Positions 31,817 through 40,616 of a stretch of 64,000 nucleotides of DNA are shown in pieces (within the stretch, counting starts at the first letter, position 1; every line of letters starts with the position of its first letter). The position numbers were made by a program, and so were the translations under genes. The stretch is from an uncultured Bacilli bacterium. GTDB lineage: Bacteria; Bacillota_I; Bacilli_A; RF39; UBA660. The stretch lies in contig CAKOQQ010000008.1 of assembly GCA_934101425.1 (NCBI GenBank), positions 3,088 to 67,087 on the forward strand, given 5' to 3'. The notes under the pieces were generated by a model. It ran no database searches. It worked only from the letters and a program-made list of their open reading frames with translations, and was not told the origin of the DNA.

Positions 31817-31888
31817 ACATATATGACTAATAATTAAGTTATTTGATATGACTATTTCTCTACAAACATAGACATAATTACTAGACAT
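31808..31888 (-). CDS. candidate leader peptide (26 aa) upstream of pilin E
   Basis: ATG preceded by GTGAGG. Peptide MSSNYVYVCREIVISNNLIISHICKT. Stop TAA (31810-31808) lies in the 5' arm of the hairpin. Confidence 0.3.
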   Translation of the reverse strand: MSSNYVYVCREIVISNNLIISHICKT

Positions 31889-31911
31889 ATACCTCACTTT
31901 CTTACTATACA

Positions 31912-31940
31912 AGTATATATTCTTTTTGTTAAGTTGTAAA
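31912..31940 (-). promoter_or_regulatory. sigma-A-type promoter for pilin E leader
   Basis: TTTACA-17 nt-TATACT on the minus strand. Confidence 0.5.
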
Positions 31941-31952
31941 GAAAAAGATATA

Positions 31953-32567
31953 CTATAGTATATCTTTCTTACATATATCTTTTAATTTACAAGTACTACA
32001 TTCTGGTTTAATAGCTTTACAGTAGTATCTACCAAACAGTACTAATTGATGATGTAATTTATTTATTTTAGATTTAGGTATCTTTTTATATAGTTTTTTC
32101 TCTACTTCTAATACATTGTCATTATAAGATGCTAATCCTAATCTTTTACTTACTCTAAGTACATGAGTATCTACTGCTATATATGGTTCATTATAAAGTT
32201 CACTTAATACAACATTAGTAGTTTTTCTACCTACTCCACTTAAACTTTCTAAAAAGGTTCTATCATTAGGTACATATCCTATATCTTTTAATGATTTACT
32301 AATATTTATTATATTTAAGGCTTTTTTATTAAAAGTACCTAATGGTTTTATAATAGTTTTTATATCTTCTATATTAGCTTCACTTAATTTATCTAAATTG
32401 TCATATTTAGTAAATAAGTTTTTAGTTACTTCATTTACTCTTTTATCAGTAGTTTGTGCACTTAACATAGTAGCGATTAAAAGCTCATAATCTTTAGTAT
32501 AATTAAGTTCACACTTTGCATCACCTAGAATTTCATCTAAATAAGTAAAAATTCTATTCATCTTCAT
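31953..32567 (-). CDS. nth: endonuclease III
   Basis: HhH-GPD fold (LSGVGRKTTNVV) and C-terminal CX6CX2CX5C cluster (CKAIKPECSTCKLKDIC). Confidence 0.9.
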   Translation of the reverse strand: MKMNRIFTYLDEILGDAKCELNYTKDYELLIATMLSAQTTDKRVNEVTKNLFTKYDNLDKLSEANIEDIKTIIKPLGTFNKKALNIINISKSLKDIGYVPNDRTFLESLSGVGRKTTNVVLSELYNEPYIAVDTHVLRVSKRLGLASYNDNVLEVEKKLYKKIPKSKINKLHHQLVLFGRYYCKAIKPECSTCKLKDICKKDIL

Positions 32568-33162
32568 TTAACCAATCATAATCTAATAATTCTTTTTTAT
32601 TATTAGTTTTCTTTACTTCTTTTTTAATATCACTAGGTACTTTATAACCTTTCTTATTCCATTCATATAAAATAGTATCTATGTATCTTAAACTAGTAAC
32701 ATGATTATATATAGCTTCTTTTAAGGCTTCTTTAATTAGTTCTTCATTAAATCCATTATCTATCCATGCTCTTACTATTTCATATTCCATAGGTGATAAA
32801 GTTCTACCAAATTCACTTTCAATTACACTATATATATCTGTTTTTACTTCTTTTTTTTCTATCATTAAGAATCCTAACTTATTATATAATTCTTCTAAGT
32901 TTAAATAGTCTTTTTTATCTTTCACATCAAGTGATAATAAGTTTTTTTCACTTAACGAACTAATAAGTGCCATTACATCTTTTTTAGTATATCCTAAATC
33001 ATCACATATAAGATTGATATTAAATTCATCATTGTTATTCATTATATAGATAATAAATATGAGTTCTTTTTCTGTAATATTTAATTTTAAATAGTTTTTT
33101 ATAAGAGTACTAGGTATCATATATGTTTTTGATTTTAATAGTTCTACAATATTTTTATACAT
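32554..33162 (-). CDS. dnaD: DnaD-domain replication initiation protein
   Basis: C-terminal DnaD/DnaB-type domain (FGRTLSPMEYEIVRAWID...YIDTILYEWNKKG). dnaD-nth adjacency as in Bacillus. Confidence 0.8.
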   Translation of the reverse strand: MYKNIVELLKSKTYMIPSTLIKNYLKLNITEKELIFIIYIMNNNDEFNINLICDDLGYTKKDVMALISSLSEKNLLSLDVKDKKDYLNLEELYNKLGFLMIEKKEVKTDIYSVIESEFGRTLSPMEYEIVRAWIDNGFNEELIKEALKEAIYNHVTSLRYIDTILYEWNKKGYKVPSDIKKEVKKTNNKKELLDYDWLNEDE

Positions 33163-33249
33163 AACATCACCTATATAAATTATACATTTTTTTTATTTCT
33201 TTGACAATAAATAAATAGTGTGTTAGTATATATCACTAAAGGTGATACT

Positions 33250-34071
33250 ATGGCTATTCCAGTTGAAGTTATGACTTCAAAAAAAATAATATATATTGAT
33301 AGAGATGAATATCATCCTGATGATAATCCATTAAGTATTGAGGGTAATCCTTTTTACTTTAAAGATATAGAATCTTTAGATAAATATTTTAATGAATTAT
33401 TGGGTTCTTTACTTGCTAGTAAATTTGATTTAAAAACAGTTAAATATAAACTTGCGTGTATAAGATTAGATGATATATCACTATATGGAATTATTTCTCC
33501 ATCTATGTTTATACCAAATAAAAAATATGTAATGGCAGATAGTATAATAGGCAATAAAAAAATACCTACAGGTCTTGAAAATTTAGATAAAATAGCTGCT
33601 TTCTTTAAGAATGATAAAGAATTAGAACGTTTTATATTAGAATTACTTAAAATGGCTGTACTTGATTTTTATATGAATCAAATAGATAGAGTAAAAGAAA
33701 ATTTCTATATAATTAAAAATCCTCATAGCTTATCACTAGCGCCTTTATATGATTATTCTGAATCATTTAATTCTATATATGATGAATATGGAATTGATTA
33801 TACTTTTAACTACCCTATAAATAGACATTCAAGCACTTATGTATATGGTAATGCTATTATGAAATTAGAATTTCCTAGTGATGATTTATATAGGTTATTT
33901 AATCGATTTCCTCTTTTTAAAGAGTATTTTAAAAGAATATTAGATATAGATATGAATGAACTACTTAATTTAATAAGAAAAAAATATGATTTGAAAGCTC
34001 CTAAATATTTAAGAGAACATTATATGGATTATGATCATGATAAAAAAGAGTTTGTTAAAAATTTAATTTAA
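33250..34071 (+). CDS. HipA-C-terminal-like (kinase-fold) protein, possibly degenerate
   Basis: Start moved to MAIPVEV (ATG 33250, AAAGGTGA RBS; TTGACA-17-TAGTAT upstream). MNQIDRVKENFYII...LAPLYDYSESF resembles the N.DRH..N...aP.yD core with H replaced by V. Confidence 0.45.
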   Translation: MAIPVEVMTSKKIIYIDRDEYHPDDNPLSIEGNPFYFKDIESLDKYFNELLGSLLASKFDLKTVKYKLACIRLDDISLYGIISPSMFIPNKKYVMADSIIGNKKIPTGLENLDKIAAFFKNDKELERFILELLKMAVLDFYMNQIDRVKENFYIIKNPHSLSLAPLYDYSESFNSIYDEYGIDYTFNYPINRHSSTYVYGNAIMKLEFPSDDLYRLFNRFPLFKEYFKRILDIDMNELLNLIRKKYDLKAPKYLREHYMDYDHDKKEFVKNLI

Positions 34072-35137
34072 CAAACTCTTTTATTTTTTCATTATCATTT
34101 TCTAATTCTTTATTTATTATCATTAATTCTAATTTAGAATAAACATCTTTAATAAAACTACCTGGCTTTTTATTTAGCACTTCACATATTTCATTAGCCG
34201 TTATATTTATATCACTTCTTGAATGAATTACTAAATTATTATATCTTTCAATAACACTTTTTTTAGGTATATGTTTAAATTCTGAAACTAAACTTGATAT
34301 ATAAAGCCCATACTTATACATAACATAATCAGTTAGTTCAGTATCCTTTATTTCTTTTATCTTCTTTATGACTTCTTTTTCATTATTAGTAAAACTATAT
34401 ATATCATCTACATTTAATTGAGCCCATATGTTTATAGTAGATGGAGTTAAAATAACATCAGTAAAATCTAATTCTAAGTATTTTGATAAATCTAACTCAT
34501 TTATAAGGTCTATTCCCTTCTTTTTATTTTGTGAAGCAAATATTCTATCTAATTCCTCTTTTTTTCTAAAATATGATAATTTTTTAAGTAAATATCCATA
34601 CTTTTTAATAGCTTTTTTTAAATCTTTATCAAGATCAAAATTAAGTATAGTAGAAAATCTAACTGCTCTTAAAATTCTAAGTGAATCTTCACTTATTTTA
34701 TTTTTAGCATCTCCTACAGTTCTAATTACTTTATTATCAAAATCTTCTTTAATGTTTAAAACATCTAATATTTCACCACGTTCATTCATACATAAAGTAT
34801 TAACTGTAAAGTCTCTTCTTCTTAAATCTTCAAATAAATCATCAGTATATTTTACTTTTGATGGCACTCTATTATTTATGTATTTTAAATCCTTACGATA
34901 TGTAGTTATTTCAAATCGTATTTTCTTATATATTACAGTTACAGAACCATATTCATGAGTTGGTAGTATTACATTATTAAATATATTTTTTATATCTTTT
35001 GGAGTAGCATTTGTACAAATATCAACGTCACTACTCTTTCTTGCTAAATAAATATCTCTAGGATATCCCCCAACTATATATGCTTCAAAACCATTTTCTA
35101 TTATTTTATTTAATACCTTAATCGATGCATTATACAT
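34055..35137 (-). CDS. cca: CCA-adding tRNA nucleotidyltransferase
   Basis: GGYPRDIYLARKSSDVDI, RRDFTVN motifs. Start moved to MYNASIKV (GGAGGG upstream). 3' end overlaps the convergent gene by 17 nt. Confidence 0.85.
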   Translation of the reverse strand: MYNASIKVLNKIIENGFEAYIVGGYPRDIYLARKSSDVDICTNATPKDIKNIFNNVILPTHEYGSVTVIYKKIRFEITTYRKDLKYINNRVPSKVKYTDDLFEDLRRRDFTVNTLCMNERGEILDVLNIKEDFDNKVIRTVGDAKNKISEDSLRILRAVRFSTILNFDLDKDLKKAIKKYGYLLKKLSYFRKKEELDRIFASQNKKKGIDLINELDLSKYLELDFTDVILTPSTINIWAQLNVDDIYSFTNNEKEVIKKIKEIKDTELTDYVMYKYGLYISSLVSEFKHIPKKSVIERYNNLVIHSRSDINITANEICEVLNKKPGSFIKDVYSKLELMIINKELENDNEKIKEFVKLNF

Positions 35138-35174
35138 AGGTCCCTCCAGCATAAAAAAAAGGCAAAACTGCCTT

Positions 35175-35447
35175 TTAGTTTAAAGCTTCTTTTAATTTAG
35201 CGCCAGCTTTAATTGTAACAGCAACTTTAGCAGGAATATTAACTGTTTCACCAGTTCTTGGATTACGTCCTGTAGTTGCTGGTTTCTTTTTAGCAGCAAA
35301 TGTTGCAAATCCTGTAACAGTTACTTTACCTTCCTTTTTTAATCCTGCAGTTACACCAGTAATAACAGCTTCTAATGCTCTAGCAGCATCAGCTTTACTT
35401 AATCCAGTTTCTTCTGCAATATAATTTACTAAATCTGTCTTTGTCAT
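35175..35447 (-). CDS. hup: DNA-binding protein HU
   Basis: 90 aa; MTKTDLVNYIAEETG...GFATF...RNPRTGE canonical HU sequence. Terminator AAAGGCA-GTTT-TGCCTTT+T8 follows. Confidence 0.95.
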   Translation of the reverse strand: MTKTDLVNYIAEETGLSKADAARALEAVITGVTAGLKKEGKVTVTGFATFAAKKKPATTGRNPRTGETVNIPAKVAVTIKAGAKLKEALN

Positions 35448-35595
35448 AATTACCTCCTATTTTGATTAAGCTATCTTGCTTACAATATAAGAATACCATT
35501 TTTTCCTAATAAAATCAACATATTTGCCTTATTTTCTTTATTTTTACTTGATTTTCTTACCTTTTTACAAAAAAAAGAAAGCATTAAACTTTCTT

Positions 35596-36966
35596 TTAAA
35601 ATTCACAATTTTTAGGTGTTCTAGGATAAGGAATAACATCACGAATATTTTCTACTCCAGTTAAGTAAATAAGTAGTCTTTCGAATCCCATACCAAATCC
35701 ACTATGTTTACAACCACCAAATTTTCTTAAGTTAATGTACCAATATAGGTCTTCTTTTGGAACACCCATATCATCCATTCTTTTTACTAAATAGTCATAT
35801 CTTTCTTCTCTTTGACTACCACCCATTAATTCACCTGCACCTGGAACTAATAAGTCTACAGCGGCTACTGTTTTATTATCATCATTCATTCTCATATAGA
35901 ATGCTTTAATATCTTTAGGCCAATCTTTAACAAATACTGGTGCGTTATAAACATCTTTTGTTAAATATTTTTCATGTTCTGTAGCTAAATCTTCTGCATA
36001 ACTTGGAACATTTTCAAATTTTTCTTTTGCTTTTAATAAAATATCTACAGCTTCTTTATGTGTAATTCTAACTGCTTTTGTATTTACTACATGTTTTAAT
36101 TTATCAATAAGTCCATTTTCTACAAATTTATCACAGAATGCGATTTCTTCATAAGCGTGTTCTAAGACATATTTAATAATGTATTTAAGCATATCTTCTT
36201 CGATATCCATAATACCATCTAAATCACAGAAAGCTACTTCTGGTTCAATCATCCAGAATTCACTAGCGTGTGTTTTAGTATTAGAGTTTTCTGCTCTAAA
36301 TGTTGGTCCAAATGTATATGTTTTTTTGAATGCTAGGGCAAATGTTTCTGCTTGTAATTGTCCTGATACAGTAAGGTTTGTAGATTTACCAAAGAAATCA
36401 TCCTTAAAATCTGTTTTATCATCTATTTTATTTAAAGTTGTAACTCTAAACATTTCACCGGCACCTTCACAGTCACTTCCTGTGATAAGTGGTGCATGGA
36501 AATAAACATAGTTATTACTTTGAAAATACATGTGTATTGCTTGTGCTGCAATACTTCTTATTTTAAATACTGCTTGAAATAAGTTTGTTCTAGGTCTTAA
36601 ATATGCTACTTCTCTTAAGAACTCTCTTGTATGTCTTTTTGGTTGAATTGGATAATCTTCAGGACAATCTCCTTCTAGTGTTACTTCTAATACAGATAGT
36701 TCAAATATTTGTTCTTCTTTTGGTGATGAAATAACTTTACCTTTTACAGTAATCGCACTACCAATATGTAATTTGGCTATTTCATCAAATGATTCTAATT
36801 TACTTTCATAAACTAATTGTACACTTTTAAAATAAGTTCCATCGAAGAAATCAATAAATCCCATTTCTTTTTGTTTTCTATGGTTTTTTATCCATCCTTC
36901 TAAAACTACTTCTTTATCTAAATACTCATCTAAATGAGTATATAATTCTCTTAAATCTATTTTCAT
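35596..36966 (-). CDS. asnS: asparaginyl-tRNA synthetase
   Basis: 456 aa class IIb; APLITGSDCEGAGEMF and GFGMGFERL motifs. Start overlaps the gatB stop (ATGA). Terminator at 35571-35597. Confidence 0.9.
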   Translation of the reverse strand: MKIDLRELYTHLDEYLDKEVVLEGWIKNHRKQKEMGFIDFFDGTYFKSVQLVYESKLESFDEIAKLHIGSAITVKGKVISSPKEEQIFELSVLEVTLEGDCPEDYPIQPKRHTREFLREVAYLRPRTNLFQAVFKIRSIAAQAIHMYFQSNNYVYFHAPLITGSDCEGAGEMFRVTTLNKIDDKTDFKDDFFGKSTNLTVSGQLQAETFALAFKKTYTFGPTFRAENSNTKTHASEFWMIEPEVAFCDLDGIMDIEEDMLKYIIKYVLEHAYEEIAFCDKFVENGLIDKLKHVVNTKAVRITHKEAVDILLKAKEKFENVPSYAEDLATEHEKYLTKDVYNAPVFVKDWPKDIKAFYMRMNDDNKTVAAVDLLVPGAGELMGGSQREERYDYLVKRMDDMGVPKEDLYWYINLRKFGGCKHSGFGMGFERLLIYLTGVENIRDVIPYPRTPKNCEF

Positions 36967-38387
36967 TGTTTATCTAGTTCCTCCTTTACAATTTTACCAG
37001 TTAATACTGGATTTGCTTGTCCACTAGTTTTTTTCATTATTTGTCCTACAAAGAAATTATATACATTTCTTCCACTTTTATATTGTTCTACCATTTTTTC
37101 ATTATCTCTGATTACTTCTAGTACCATATTTCTAAGTTCGTCTTCATTCCCCATTTGTTTAATACCTAATTTTTCTACTATTACTTTAGGTTCTTTTTCT
37201 TCTTCCATTACTTTTTTAAATACTTCTTTACCTTGTTTAGATGATATTTTACCAGATTCTACCATATCAATTAAATCAGCTAGCATAGCTGGTGTTAAAT
37301 AAATATCTGTTATTTCTTTTTCTACACTATTTAAATAACCCAAAACAGTATTAGCCACCCAGTTAGATGCTACTTTAGGATTAACTTTTAATTTTATAAC
37401 TTCTTCATAGAAATCAGCTACTTCTATACTTTTAGCAATACTTTTAGCATCTACTAAAGAGACATTATAATTAGTTGTGTAATCTTTAATTCTTTCAAAT
37501 TGTAATCTTGGTAAAGTACTTTTTACTTCATTTATAAGTTCATCTGTAATTTTAAATGGCGGAATATTAGGTTCTGTAAAATACTTATAATCTACTCCAT
37601 CAACTTTTTCTCTCATTCTATATGTCTTCATAGTATTTTCATCATATCTTCTAGTTTCTTGCATTATTTCTTCGCCATTCTTTAAACATTCTTTTTGTCT
37701 TTCTACTTCTACTATGATAGCATCTTTTACATTAGCAAATGATGGAATATTTTTCATTTCTACTCTAGTACCTAATTTATCTGAACCCTTTTCGCTTATA
37801 GATACATTTACATCGCATCTCATTTGACCTAAATCAAGTCTTGCTTCACTAACACTTGTATACAAGAATATTTTTCTTAAGGCATCTAAGAAAGCTAATG
37901 CTTCATCAACACTATGCATACAAGGTTCTGTTACTGTTTCAAGAAGTGGTACACCAGCTCTATTATAATCAATAAGTGAATAATCACTATAATGATCTAA
38001 TGATGCAGTATCTTCTTCTATATGTATATCATGAATATAAATTCTTTTAATCTCATCTTTAACATATATATCAATATATCCATTAGTACCTATTGGTTTC
38101 TTACTTTGAGTAATTTGATATCCTTTAGGTAAATCTGGATAATAATAATTTTTTCTATCAAATACAAGTATATCTGGAATATCACAATTTAGTGCAAGTG
38201 CCATTTTAATTGACTTTTTTAAAGCTTCCATATTTACTGTTGGAAGGATACCAGGGAAAGCTAAATCAACTTGATTAACATTTGTATTAGCTTCACTACT
38301 GTAACCATTTAATCCTTTAGAAAACATTTTTGTTTTACTTTTTACTTCGCAGTGTACTTCAAGTCCTATAGTTACTTCGTATTCCAT
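36963..38387 (-). CDS. gatB: Asp/Glu-tRNA amidotransferase subunit B
   Basis: 474 aa; MEYEVTIGLEVHCEV N-terminus and GatB/YqeY C-terminal domain. Confidence 0.95.
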   Translation of the reverse strand: MEYEVTIGLEVHCEVKSKTKMFSKGLNGYSSEANTNVNQVDLAFPGILPTVNMEALKKSIKMALALNCDIPDILVFDRKNYYYPDLPKGYQITQSKKPIGTNGYIDIYVKDEIKRIYIHDIHIEEDTASLDHYSDYSLIDYNRAGVPLLETVTEPCMHSVDEALAFLDALRKIFLYTSVSEARLDLGQMRCDVNVSISEKGSDKLGTRVEMKNIPSFANVKDAIIVEVERQKECLKNGEEIMQETRRYDENTMKTYRMREKVDGVDYKYFTEPNIPPFKITDELINEVKSTLPRLQFERIKDYTTNYNVSLVDAKSIAKSIEVADFYEEVIKLKVNPKVASNWVANTVLGYLNSVEKEITDIYLTPAMLADLIDMVESGKISSKQGKEVFKKVMEEEKEPKVIVEKLGIKQMGNEDELRNMVLEVIRDNEKMVEQYKSGRNVYNFFVGQIMKKTSGQANPVLTGKIVKEELDKQ

Positions 38388-39781
38388 TATTTTACCTCCT
38401 TAAATTGTCCTTTATAAGACATATTTGATTCTAAGGCATAAGCAATATTAAGAAGCTTTTGATCAAATAAAACACCACTAGTAAGTGATAAACCTATAGG
38501 CATACCCTTAACAAATCCTGATGGAATAGATATACTAGGAAATCCTCCAAAATTACCTATTAACATATGATTTTCAAGTAATAAATATCTATCACTTAAT
38601 TTATCTAAATTTTCACTTTTGAATTTAGGAGCTATACTACTAGATCCCGGTAATATAAGAGCATCATATTCTTTAAATAAACTAGTAAACTTATCAACTA
38701 CTAACCTTCTTATTCTACCAGCATTTAAGAATAATTTTTCTTGATTTTCTTTTTGTAAAATATAACTGCCTAATACAAATCTTCTTTTTATAAGTTCAGA
38801 AAATCCTTTTGTTCTAGCATCAAACATAATATCATTAACATTATTTCCTTCTCCATTTGGCCCAAATATTATACCTGTTAAATTACTATTATTTGAAGTT
38901 GCTTCTGCACATGAAATAGCAAAATAAGTTGGAAATAATGATTCTAATAATCTTTTATCTATACTTACTTCAGATACTGTAGCACCTAAAGATTTACATA
39001 ATTCTATTTTTTCTTTAAAATTATCTAATATCATAGTAAGTTCTTCATCAACATCATCTTTATAATTGTTTATATCTAATAATTCTTTTATATAAAATAA
39101 TTTCATTCCTTTTATATTATTATCTAAGTTATCATGAAAACTAGGTGTTTCGCATCTAAGTGATGTCATATCTTTTTCATCATAACCTTTTATATTATCA
39201 AGTACAAGTGCAGTATCTTCTACACTTCTTGAAAATATACCTACATGATCTAAAGAACAGGCAAATGGAAATAATCCATATCTAGATACTAATCCGTATG
39301 TTGGCTTATATCCTACAATCCCTCCATAAATGGCTGGTTTTCTTACAGAGTCTCCAGTATCACTACCTATAGCAAAAGGAACAATACCTAAAGCTACAGA
39401 AGCAGCTGATCCAGCAGAAGATCCACCTATAAGTCTTTCTTTATCCCATGGATTTCTTACTATACCAGTGTGTCCAGTAGTTCCAGTTCCACCCATTGCA
39501 AGTTCATCTAATACTGTTTTTCCAATACAAACAGCTCCACTTTCTTTTAACTTTGTAACAACTGTTGCATCAAAAAATGGCACATAATCTTTTAATATAT
39601 TAGAAGAAGCAGTTGTAAGTATTCCTTTAGTAGAAAAGTTATCCTTTAAGGCATATGGAATACCTTTTAAAGGGCCATCACATTCATTTTTAGCATCATC
39701 TAATATAGTTACAAATGAATTATATTCATCTTGATACTTATGTGCAAGAGATAATGCAATATCAATATTTTGCTTCATCAT
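38387..39781 (-). CDS. gatA: Asp/Glu-tRNA amidotransferase subunit A
   Basis: Amidase signature GGSSAGSAASVA; K...S-S catalytic layout. Confidence 0.95.
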   Translation of the reverse strand: MMKQNIDIALSLAHKYQDEYNSFVTILDDAKNECDGPLKGIPYALKDNFSTKGILTTASSNILKDYVPFFDATVVTKLKESGAVCIGKTVLDELAMGGTGTTGHTGIVRNPWDKERLIGGSSAGSAASVALGIVPFAIGSDTGDSVRKPAIYGGIVGYKPTYGLVSRYGLFPFACSLDHVGIFSRSVEDTALVLDNIKGYDEKDMTSLRCETPSFHDNLDNNIKGMKLFYIKELLDINNYKDDVDEELTMILDNFKEKIELCKSLGATVSEVSIDKRLLESLFPTYFAISCAEATSNNSNLTGIIFGPNGEGNNVNDIMFDARTKGFSELIKRRFVLGSYILQKENQEKLFLNAGRIRRLVVDKFTSLFKEYDALILPGSSSIAPKFKSENLDKLSDRYLLLENHMLIGNFGGFPSISIPSGFVKGMPIGLSLTSGVLFDQKLLNIAYALESNMSYKGQFKEVK

Positions 39782-39782
39782 A

Positions 39783-40073
39783 TTATTCCACCACCTTTGG
39801 TACTTTTACTCTATTATCTAATTTATTGTGGCAATTACTAAGTAGAATATCTCTATCTATATTTTCTACTTCTTCACCACTTCTTAACTCTATATCATCT
39901 CTTAAGAAAGGAAATGTCATAGGTTCGACTCCTTTAATTTCTTCTATTTCACCTATTTTATCCATTTGTTTTAAGATAACATCAAATTCTTTTAATAATG
40001 TTTCATATTCACTATCTTCCATATCAAACATTAATTTATTTGCATATACTTTTAATTTTTCTTTAGTTATCAT
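39783..40073 (-). CDS. gatC: Asp/Glu-tRNA amidotransferase subunit C
   Basis: Start moved to MITKEKLKVYANK (ATG 40073, AGGAGG upstream). About 96 aa, directly upstream of gatA. Confidence 0.85.
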   Translation of the reverse strand: MITKEKLKVYANKLMFDMEDSEYETLLKEFDVILKQMDKIGEIEEIKGVEPMTFPFLRDDIELRSGEEVENIDRDILLSNCHNKLDNRVKVPKVVE

Positions 40074-40083
40074 AATTCCTCCT

Positions 40084-40124
40084 ATAAAACAAAATAAGTT
40101 TCTACAAAATAGTAGAAACTTATT
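40084..40124 (-). terminator. 13-bp perfect hairpin with U-rich tail between tRNA-Asn and the gatC RBS
   Basis: Minus strand AATAAGTTTCTAC-TATTTT-GTAGAAACTTATT then TTGTTTTAT, ending about 8 nt before AGGAGG of gatC. Confidence 0.6.
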
Positions 40125-40134
40125 AAAAATCATA

Positions 40135-40210
40135 TGGCGCCTGATGTAGGACTCGAACCTACGACCTAACGGTTAACAGCCGTGCGCTCTACCGACTGAG
40201 CTAATCAGGC
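40135..40210 (-). tRNA. tRNA-Asn (GUU), CCA encoded
   Basis: Hand-folded cloverleaf: GCCTGAT acceptor, GCTC/GAGC D-stem, loop CTGTTAA, GTAGG/CCTAC T-stem, G73, CCA; 76 nt. Confidence 0.9.
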
Positions 40211-40213
40211 ATA

Positions 40214-40289
40214 TGGCGCTCAATGTAGGACTCGAACCTACGACCTAACGGTTAACAGCCGTGCGCTCTACCGACTGAGCTAATTGAGC
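40214..40289 (-). tRNA. tRNA-Asn (GUU), CCA encoded, second copy with different acceptor stem
   Basis: Identical to copy 1 from position 8 to 65. Acceptor is GCTCAAT/ATTGAGC instead of GCCTGAT/ATCAGGC. Confidence 0.9.
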
Positions 40290-40290
40290 A

Positions 40291-40541
40291 AATATAAAAC
40301 AGCACTCTCCACTAAAAGGGACGAATTACTGTTGTATCCGCGGTACCACCCAATTTATTATATTAAATATAATCACTTTTATGATATGTAATGTGGTAAC
40401 GGATTACAACCGAACTACTCTACTTAATTCGAATAGCTAGCTCCTTAGTGTTATTCATAATATACTTTATTGTTAGCTTCCACCATGCCTAACTCGCTTT
40501 AATTAGTACTTATTACTACTTCTCTATATCTTCGCCTTATG
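40291..40541 (-). promoter_or_regulatory. T-box leader, Asn specifier (AAC, overlapping AAU)
   Basis: T-box motif AAATTGGGTGGTACCGCGG (40356-40338). Antiterminator GGG[TGGTACC]GCG...CGTCCC. Competing terminator ACAGTAATTCGTCC/GGAGAGTGCTGT plus TTTTATATTT. Stem-I elements AGTA, GGTGGAAG. Specifier region ATGAATAACACT. Confidence 0.8.
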
Positions 40542-40547
40542 TATGTA

Positions 40548-40576
40548 ATTATAGTGTATAAAATTCATTTTGTCAA
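40548..40576 (-). promoter_or_regulatory. consensus sigma-A promoter of the T-box leader
   Basis: TTGACA-17 nt-TATAAT on the minus strand. Confidence 0.75.
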
Positions 40577-40616
40577 TAACTTTTAAAAAAGTTAAAGAAA
40601 AAAACACAAATGTGTT

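Noticed and set aside
39715-40149. Plus-strand 144-aa ORF spanning gatC and the first tRNA-Asn.
   Set aside because: It overlaps a tRNA gene and an RBS-supported gatC on the other strand, and its translation is low-complexity.
40447-40458. Alternative T-box specifier reading GAA-UAA, by analogy with GAA-codon-A spacing in glyQS leaders.
   Set aside because: UAA is a stop codon with no cognate tRNA. The adjacent AAC-A (and overlapping AAU-A) fits the codon-plus-purine rule and the downstream tRNA-Asn/asnS context.
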